This document shows positions 16,998 through 22,535 of a stretch of DNA of 64,000 nucleotides, one piece after another. The translations under genes were made by a program, and so were the position numbers. Positions within the stretch are counted from its first letter, which is position 1; every line of letters starts with the position of its first letter. The notes under the pieces were generated by a model, which saw only the letters and a list, made by a program, of their open reading frames with translations, was not told where the DNA came from and searched no databases. The DNA lies in NCBI GenBank assembly GCA_964596735.1, contig CAZQVF010000005.1, forward strand, positions 13,328 through 77,327. Direction: 5' to 3'. The DNA comes from an uncultured Gammaproteobacteria bacterium (GTDB lineage: Bacteria > Patescibacteriota > Patescibacteriia > UBA2591 > UBA6264).

Positions 16998-17231
16998 TTA
17001 TTTAATATTTAATTTTTCCTTAAACTTTGGGACATCAAATCCCATAATCATTTCCCCGTCGATTTCTGTTACGGGTACGGCCATCTGCCCTGTTTTTTTA
17101 ATAAAATCATCAACCAGATCCTGATGTTGACTAAGATCAACCTCTTCAAACTCGATTTTATTCTCATTTAAAAAATCTTTGACATGGTGGCAATAAAGAC
17201 ATGATGGTGATGTATAAACAATTATTTTCAT
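16998..17231 (-). CDS. Glutaredoxin/NrdH-like thiol-disulfide oxidoreductase
   Basis: 77 aa, CLYC active site in a thioredoxin-fold context (KIIVYTSPSCLYC...VPVTEIDG). Confidence 0.6.
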   Translation of the reverse strand: MKIIVYTSPSCLYCHHVKDFLNENKIEFEEVDLSQHQDLVDDFIKKTGQMAVPVTEIDGEMIMGFDVPKFKEKLNIK

Positions 17232-17266
17232 ATATTCTTAGTTAATTGGTTATTTACTGTTAGTAT

Positions 17267-17422
17267 AAGAACCTGCTTCGCAGAACCTTGAAATTAAATT
17301 CTATTATATATAAATTAAGGTAATTTAATTATAAGAACCTGCTTCGCAGAACCTACCTGCCGGCAGGCAGGCCTTGAAATTAAATTCTATTGTATAAATA
17401 ATAATGTATTTTAATTATAAAG
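17267..17422 (+). repeat. Two tandem orphan copies of the promoter cassette (17267-17332 and 17333-17422); the second carries a 12-bp GC palindrome insertion CCTGCCGGCAGG
   Basis: Copy 1 reproduces the aspS upstream region through ...TAAGGTAATTTAATTATAAG, including the equivalent of aspS codons 1-4. Copy 2 carries the GC-rich palindrome at 17356-17367. No + strand ORF follows; both point into the 3' end of the minus-strand RT gene. Confidence 0.55.
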
Positions 17423-17464
17423 ATTAGAAAAAGCTCGTCAAGTTATCTTATTTTGTAATAATAT

Positions 17465-18511
17465 TTATTCTACTAAACCTACTTTCTTTCTAAATTTATA
17501 CGTATTTCCGTGAATCAATAGTCCTTGATAAGAAATAACTGTCTGTCGTTTTGGATAATTCTTTAATCTTCTAATTATCTTTCGCTTTGTGGTTGTTCGA
17601 ATCTGTCGATAGCATGGAAAATGTATCCAGCCCAAAAAATCTAAACCCGAAGCATAAGTTCTAATACAAACCTTGTGTTGATGAAGTGTCAATTTAAGTT
17701 CTTTTTGTAAAAATTCAGTGATTCTTAACAATAAACCATTGAGATACTCTTTATTGTCCGATAAAATAACGAAATCGTCGCCATATCTAATATAATATTT
17801 CACTCGCAATTCCTGTTTTATATACATATCAAATTCGTGCATATAAACATTAACGAAAAGTTGGGAAGTGAGGTTGCCAAGGGGCAGACCTATCCCCAAA
17901 CGGCTGGAATAAAAACTAAAAACTACCCTTTCAATCAACCGAATAATTTGAGAATCGTTAATGTGTCTCTTTAATATTTTAATAAGGATTTGCTGATCAA
18001 TGTTAGCAAAAAATTTCTGAATATCGCATTTTAGAATATAACAAGTTTGAGAATTATTTTTTGATACCTTCTGGGCAAAATATCTGAATCTGTTCAAAGC
18101 GCGATGCACTCCCTTGTTTTCTCTACACGAATATACATCATAAATAAACTTTCTATCAAAATAAGGACACAGCTCCTTATAAATGAGATGATGTAATAAC
18201 CGATCACGCACCGTAGCTTTGTGAATATTTCTCGGCTTGGGGTCAGAAATATTAAAAGCCGAATATGGTCCGTGAATATAAGTAAAATTAACCAGAGACT
18301 TATAAAGATCTATTAAATTATCGGCCAGCTTTATTTGAAAAATCATCACATCTTTTTTATGTCTTTTACCACACAAAAAACGCTCCCAAGTCGCTAAGAG
18401 ATTTTCTATCTTAATAATATCAATATATTTAACTTTAAACATATGACTACAATATCTGCGCGAGTACCATTGGTGCTTGTTAGAACAAAAAGGGCTTATC
18501 AAATTTGGCAC
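17465..18511 (-). CDS. Diversity-generating retroelement (DGR) reverse transcriptase
   Basis: RT motifs including LPLGNLTSQLFVNVYM ([ILV]GxxxSQ, DGR-specific) and YIRYGDDFVIL (YxDD). N-terminal ENLL...GKR.K...PY.AF.I.DPKPR.I..A...DRLLHHLI pattern typical of DGR RTs. The real start may be Met24 (18442). TR lies ~330 bp upstream. Confidence 0.85.
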   Translation of the reverse strand: MPNLISPFCSNKHQWYSRRYCSHMFKVKYIDIIKIENLLATWERFLCGKRHKKDVMIFQIKLADNLIDLYKSLVNFTYIHGPYSAFNISDPKPRNIHKATVRDRLLHHLIYKELCPYFDRKFIYDVYSCRENKGVHRALNRFRYFAQKVSKNNSQTCYILKCDIQKFFANIDQQILIKILKRHINDSQIIRLIERVVFSFYSSRLGIGLPLGNLTSQLFVNVYMHEFDMYIKQELRVKYYIRYGDDFVILSDNKEYLNGLLLRITEFLQKELKLTLHQHKVCIRTYASGLDFLGWIHFPCYRQIRTTTKRKIIRRLKNYPKRQTVISYQGLLIHGNTYKFRKKVGLVE

Positions 18512-18820
18512 AAAAATTTAGTCAATCTTAATCGACTTGATCGCTATACTATTGGTGCTAAAATCGATGAATATTTTCTATCTTTATTGGAATTAATTTT
18601 TAAGGCCTGTTTTGCTTACGATAAATTTGAAAAACTCTCAATGGTATCACAAGCGATTGGTAAAAACGATTTATTAAAATTCTTTTTACAGATTGGTTGG
18701 GAACAAAAAACCATTAACCATAAAAATTATGGTCTTCTAATACTTTTACTTGATGAAGTTGGTCGAATGCTGGGTGGCTGGAAAAAAAATATACAAGAAA
18801 AAACTCCCGCTAGTAAGTAG
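18443..18820 (+). CDS. Avd-like accessory variability determinant (four-helix-bundle, 23S rRNA IVS protein family), on the opposite strand
   Basis: 125 aa, predicted all-helical. C-terminal LDEVGRMLGGW resembles the conserved Avd/four-helix-bundle motif, and AYQIWHK resembles the N-terminal helix. It sits between TR and RT, on the opposite strand. Confidence 0.5.
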   Translation: MTTISARVPLVLVRTKRAYQIWHKNLVNLNRLDRYTIGAKIDEYFLSLLELIFKACFAYDKFEKLSMVSQAIGKNDLLKFFLQIGWEQKTINHKNYGLLILLLDEVGRMLGGWKKNIQEKTPASK

Positions 18821-18840
18821 CAGGAGAAAAAATTAAATAA

Positions 18841-18960
18841 GTCACAGAAGCAGAGCAGGCAGTCGTTATCATCCCAAGCGTTCTCAAAGTTGCCGAGGTT
18901 GAAATTAAAGTCATCATCCGAGTTGCGGTTGACATTCGGCACGCGGTAGTTGCCGTCAGA
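18841..18960 (-). repeat. DGR template repeat (TR), 120 bp, Asn(AAY)-codon rich
   Basis: 120-nt alignment to 19299-19418 with 16 mismatches. All 15 internal mismatches are A in the TR coding (minus) strand; one T/C mismatch lies at the extreme 3' (IMH-like GC-rich) end. Read in the VR frame it gives SDGNYRVPNVNRNSDDDFNFNLGNFENAWDDNDCLLCFCD. Confidence 0.85.
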
Positions 18961-19189
18961 CAATGTACAGCCCGCCACCTTTTTCACTAAGGGTAACGCC
19001 AGTCGCCCTCTGTATTTTATTCTGAGCCAAAATGCTCAATAGCACGCTGCACCGACTGATTTAATTTTTTCATAAAAGGTTGCACTCATTTACTAAGCAT
19101 GCCCAGTAAATTCCTGGCAAACTCCCTTTACGAGAATTCGATGATATAAAGCCATGGCCACATATCCAATCTATTATCCAAAAATATTA

Positions 19190-19238
19190 TACAGAAAAAA
19201 TACATAAAAGAAAAGGGTCCTTACATTGGTAAGAACCC
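19190..19238 (-). terminator. Rho-independent terminator downstream of the DGR target gene
   Basis: Minus strand: GGGTTCTTACC-AATG-TAAGGACCC hairpin (one mismatch) followed by TTTTCTTTTATGTATTTTTT. Confidence 0.5.
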
Positions 19239-19289
19239 AAAGGGTCAAAAAATCCAAAGAACAGGACTAAGAAACCAAGTGCCTAAGCA

Positions 19290-19997
19290 CTAATCGCAGT
19301 CGCAGAAGCAGAGCAGGCAGTCGCTATCATCCCAAGCGTCCTCAAAGGGGCCGAGGAAGAAAATAAAGTCACCAACCGAGTAGCGGTCGACAGACGGCAC
19401 GCGGTAGCTGCCGTCAGAATCGATCCAGAGAGCCTCTTTCTCATCAAACGAGACAGACCAACGGCTCTTTGGCAACTTGTTTTTGGCAAGTTCATAGACC
19501 AGTGAAGCGCCTTGAGCGCCGGCTAAAACAGCTTTCTGAGAATACAGGAAATTTAAACAGTCTTCCGAAGTCACAGTTTCTGTGATATTAAAAACCTTTA
19601 CCTTGAACTTTCTGCCAGGCACGAGCTTTGTTGTCGCTTTGTTAAAGTGCTTATCAGTGATGTCGGAATTGTAGTAATTAAATTCCGAGCCATGCGCTGC
19701 TGCAAAGTCAGTCAAGCGCGTAGCATGGTCGTAACCCTTAGGCACAACAATGTTAAACGCATTGGCCAATTTGAAGCGCGGGTCAGGCATAAACGGTGAA
19801 AGAGCTTGCTGACGTTGTTTCTGTGTCAGATTTAAAAAACATTCATATTCTGGCAAACTCATTTGCCCTTTCTTGATCTTCTGATTGCAATCCATATGCA
19901 GACCAGCCAATTTGGCCGCTTCTGCGCCGATAGATGTCTTATCCATCATTTTCTCCTTTGATACCAAGAGTTTAATAATTGACCCCATGCCAATCAT
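19290..19997 (-). CDS. DGR variable (target) protein, 235 aa, with the variable repeat encoding its last ~40 residues
   Basis: C-terminus ...SDGSYRVPSVDRYSVGDFIFFLGPFEDAWDDSDCLLCFCDCD is the diversified counterpart of the TR-encoded peptide. No signal peptide is evident. Confidence 0.75.
   Translation of the reverse strand: MIGMGSIIKLLVSKEKMMDKTSIGAEAAKLAGLHMDCNQKIKKGQMSLPEYECFLNLTQKQRQQALSPFMPDPRFKLANAFNIVVPKGYDHATRLTDFAAAHGSEFNYYNSDITDKHFNKATTKLVPGRKFKVKVFNITETVTSEDCLNFLYSQKAVLAGAQGASLVYELAKNKLPKSRWSVSFDEKEALWIDSDGSYRVPSVDRYSVGDFIFFLGPFEDAWDDSDCLLCFCDCD
19299..19418 (-). repeat. DGR variable repeat (VR) at the 3' end of the target gene
   Basis: See TR. A GC-rich invariant 3' segment (CGACTGCCTGCTCTGCTTCTG) forms an IMH-like end. 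A small hairpin GTGC-TTAG-GCAC abuts the stop codon. Confidence 0.85.
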
Positions 19998-20092
19998 TTT
20001 CTCAGTATTGATAATATTATGTCATATTTTAGCCTTTTTGTCAACACTCCTATTCCAAAAGACTTAAAATTTATATTAATCTAAAATAAAAA

Positions 20093-20200
20093 CACCGCCG
20101 AGGAGAATCGAACTCCTGAGACGGATTTGCCTTTAGCGGAAAACCTGGCGTCCTACAATGCTTAATAAATTAAAATGGCCCCGAGGAGAATTGAGTGAAA
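20093..20200 (-). other. Two tRNA 3'-end-like fragments (T-arm plus acceptor 3' strand), possible integration scars
   Basis: Minus strand: GGAGTTCGATTCTCCTCGGCGGTG (20093-20116) and CAATTCTCCTCGGGGCCA (~20177-20194). No complementary 5' acceptor strand or D/anticodon arms could be built. Confidence 0.3.
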
Positions 20201-20201
20201 A

Positions 20202-20891
20202 TTATTTTAATCCACTTTGTAATTTTAACGCGTCAATCCATCCTTTAATTCGAAAAGCTATCTTACGACCATGTACACGTAAATCAAGTGTGCCATATGG
20301 CAAAGAATTGATTGGACGTTTTCTGTTGCTCGCTTTGCTTATTTGTTTAAAAATGCGAAAACGACTTTTAGGAATATTAGTTACTCTAGCCCAAAAATTA
20401 ATGGCAGATTGCTCGCTAATATTAGCATGTATTCTAACACATACTTTTAATTTCTCTTCAGGGACTTTAATAATTTCTCGTAAAAAGCGAAGAAACAACG
20501 CAATCATATAAGGATCAGCATTAACAAAATCAACTACATACCCTTTGTTTTTTTGAGCCTCAATTTTATATCCCTCTGCCCAATAAAGAGCATTTGCAAC
20601 TAATAATAACTCATATTTTGACAACGAATGAATTTCATTAAAAGTCTCCTTCTTTATTCTCTGATTTTCAATCCAAATAGCACGTGTCCGTTGCCGATTG
20701 TTTTCAAATAACCCATGTTCTCGAGCAATTCTCGTTTTTTTTTCTAAAAGCTTTTTTGCTGACTTTGTTAGTTTTAAGTCTCTAAACCAAACGCTAAGCG
20801 AGCCCTTGGAAACACTTAAAGTACGAGCTATTTCATTGTAACTTTTACCCTTTAACCGCAACCTGAGCGCTTTTTGATATTGTGGATGCAT
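20202..20891 (-). CDS. HTH-domain protein of unknown function (transposase-type HTH; possible homing-endonuclease-like C-terminal region)
   Basis: KGKSYNEIARTLSVSKGSLSVWFRD is a transposase/sigma-region-4-like HTH; NALYWAEGYK is vaguely LAGLIDADG-like. The ORF track starts at 20954 inside tRNA-Glu; I prefer Met22 (20891). Confidence 0.35.
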   Translation of the reverse strand: MHPQYQKALRLRLKGKSYNEIARTLSVSKGSLSVWFRDLKLTKSAKKLLEKKTRIAREHGLFENNRQRTRAIWIENQRIKKETFNEIHSLSKYELLLVANALYWAEGYKIEAQKNKGYVVDFVNADPYMIALFLRFLREIIKVPEEKLKVCVRIHANISEQSAINFWARVTNIPKSRFRIFKQISKASNRKRPINSLPYGTLDLRVHGRKIAFRIKGWIDALKLQSGLK

Positions 20892-20909
20892 AATAATTAA
20901 ATATATAAG

Positions 20910-20982
20910 TAGCGCCAAGGGGAATCGAACCCCTGTTACATGGTTGAAAACCATGTGTCCTGACCACTAGACGATGGCGCCA
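20910..20982 (-). tRNA. tRNA-Glu (anticodon TTC)
   Basis: Minus strand GGCGCCATCGTCTAGTGGTCAGGACACATGGTTTTCAACCATGTAACAGGGGTTCGATTCCCCTTGGCGCTA. D-arm TCGTCTAG...GGAC as in bacterial tRNA-Glu, anticodon loop TTTTCAA, canonical TTCGATT T-loop, G1-U72 wobble. Confidence 0.8.
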
Positions 20983-21053
20983 TTATTATTTAGCGCAATC
21001 TTAGCAAAATTAAACGAATTTGTCAAAGAATTAATTTATGTTAAAATAATCTT

Positions 21054-22112
21054 ATGCTTATCTTAGGTATTGAAACATCTTGTGATGAAACAGCGGCGGC
21101 TGTTTTAGAATATAAGCCCTTAAAAAAAGAAGGTCAGTTTAAAGTTATTTCCAATGTTATTTTTTCACAAATCTCAATTCATCGTCAATACGGAGGTATT
21201 ATTCCTGAGGTAGCCGCCAGGGCTCATATTGAAAATATTTTACCAGTGATTAAAAAATCTCTTAAAAATATAGATTATAGAAAAATCGATTTAATTGCTG
21301 TTACTCAAGGGCCGGGGCTAATCACATCGTTATTAGTTGGTTTAGAAACTGCTAAATCTTTATCCTATTCTTGGAAAAAACCATTAATGGGAATTAATCA
21401 TTTACAAGGTCATTTGGCGGCTAATTTTATTGAACATGAAACAAAGAATGTTTTTCCGGCAATTAGCTTAATTGTCTCTGGTGGACATACTGAACTTGGC
21501 TTAATGAGAAAGTCTGGTCATTATAAAAAAATTGGACAAACTAGGGATGATGCCGCTGGAGAATGTTTTGATAAAATCGCTAAATTATTAAAAATCGGCT
21601 ATCCTGGAGGTCCAGTTATCTCTAAAATGGCTGAAAAAATAAACAACAAATCAAATAATATCTGCTTTCCTCGCCCCATGATCAAAACAAATGATTTTGA
21701 TTTTAGTTTCTCGGGACTAAAAACAGCTGTACTTTATTTTGTTAAAAAGAATAGAAATAAACTAGAAAAGAAAAAATTTATTCAGAACATTTGTGCTGAA
21801 TCTCAACAAGCAATTATTGACGTTTTAATTCATAAAACAATTAAAGCAAGTAAAAAATATAAAGCCAAAGCTATTTTTCTAAGTGGTGGAGTGGCCGCCA
21901 ACCAAGAACTAAGAGAACAATTGAAGCTCCATGTTTGTAGATTGCCAAATAGTGTAAAATTCTTTGTTCCATCAAGAAATCTTTGCACTGATAATGCGGT
22001 AATGATTGCTGCAGCCGCCGCCCTCAAATTCAAAAACTTAATACCAATTCAAAGGAAGAAATTAAAAAATAATTGGCAAAAAATAAAAGTAGATCCTAAC
22101 TTAGAAACATGA
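21054..22112 (+). CDS. tsaD: tRNA N6-adenosine threonylcarbamoyltransferase (Kae1/TsaD)
   Basis: MLILGIETSCDETAAAV...GGVAAN motifs. Confidence 0.9.
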   Translation: MLILGIETSCDETAAAVLEYKPLKKEGQFKVISNVIFSQISIHRQYGGIIPEVAARAHIENILPVIKKSLKNIDYRKIDLIAVTQGPGLITSLLVGLETAKSLSYSWKKPLMGINHLQGHLAANFIEHETKNVFPAISLIVSGGHTELGLMRKSGHYKKIGQTRDDAAGECFDKIAKLLKIGYPGGPVISKMAEKINNKSNNICFPRPMIKTNDFDFSFSGLKTAVLYFVKKNRNKLEKKKFIQNICAESQQAIIDVLIHKTIKASKKYKAKAIFLSGGVAANQELREQLKLHVCRLPNSVKFFVPSRNLCTDNAVMIAAAAALKFKNLIPIQRKKLKNNWQKIKVDPNLET

Positions 22113-22534
22113 AAACAACTACCAAATCAGAAAAACAAACCCTTAATTTAGGTAAAAACTTTGTTTTAGAGCTTAAAGGAGGTGAAGTAATTGGTTTTAT
22201 TGGTGAATTAGGGGCCGGAAAGACTGTTTTTATCAAAGGACTGGCCCAGGGACTAAACATTAAAAACATAATTACCAGTCCTACTTTTGTTTTAATGAAA
22301 ATATATAAAGCAAAGGGGCCAATAAAAGATCTCTGTCATGTTGATGCCTATCGTTTAAAATCTGCTCAAGATCTAATTGACATTGGCATTAAAGACTATT
22401 TAAACAAAAAAGCCGCTGTTACGGTAATTGAATGGGCTGATCAAGTAAAAAATATTTTGCCAAAAAATAAAATTCTTGTTAAAATAAAAATTGGTAAAAA
22501 TCCGAACCAAAGAATTTTTGAAATTATTAAATAA
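22109..22534 (+). CDS. tsaE: t6A biosynthesis ATPase TsaE (YjeE)
   Basis: 141 aa; Walker A GELGAGKT, followed by the TsaE-specific region. Overlaps the tsaD stop. Confidence 0.75.
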   Translation: MKTTTKSEKQTLNLGKNFVLELKGGEVIGFIGELGAGKTVFIKGLAQGLNIKNIITSPTFVLMKIYKAKGPIKDLCHVDAYRLKSAQDLIDIGIKDYLNKKAAVTVIEWADQVKNILPKNKILVKIKIGKNPNQRIFEIIK

Positions 22535-22535
22535 T

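Noticed and set aside
18727-18987. 86-aa minus-strand ORF (MKKVAGCTLSDGNYRVPNVNRNSDDDFNFNLGNFENAWDDNDCLLCFCD...)
   Set aside because: It is the DGR template repeat read in the VR frame. The similarity to the target C-terminus reflects the TR/VR relationship, not a second gene.
19283-19495. 70-aa minus-strand ORF overlapping the target gene 3' end in another frame
   Set aside because: Alternative-frame artefact over GC-richer VR DNA; no independent support.
20093-20200. Attempt to build a complete tRNA (possibly intron-containing) on the minus strand from the T-arm-like sequences
   Set aside because: No complementary 5' acceptor strand, D-arm or anticodon arm could be found for either fragment. 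Kept only as 3'-fragment scars at low confidence.
19885-20511. Plus-strand ORFs 19885-20067 and 20158-20511 around the island
   Set aside because: They overlap the target gene 5' end and the HTH gene on the opposite strand; no motifs.
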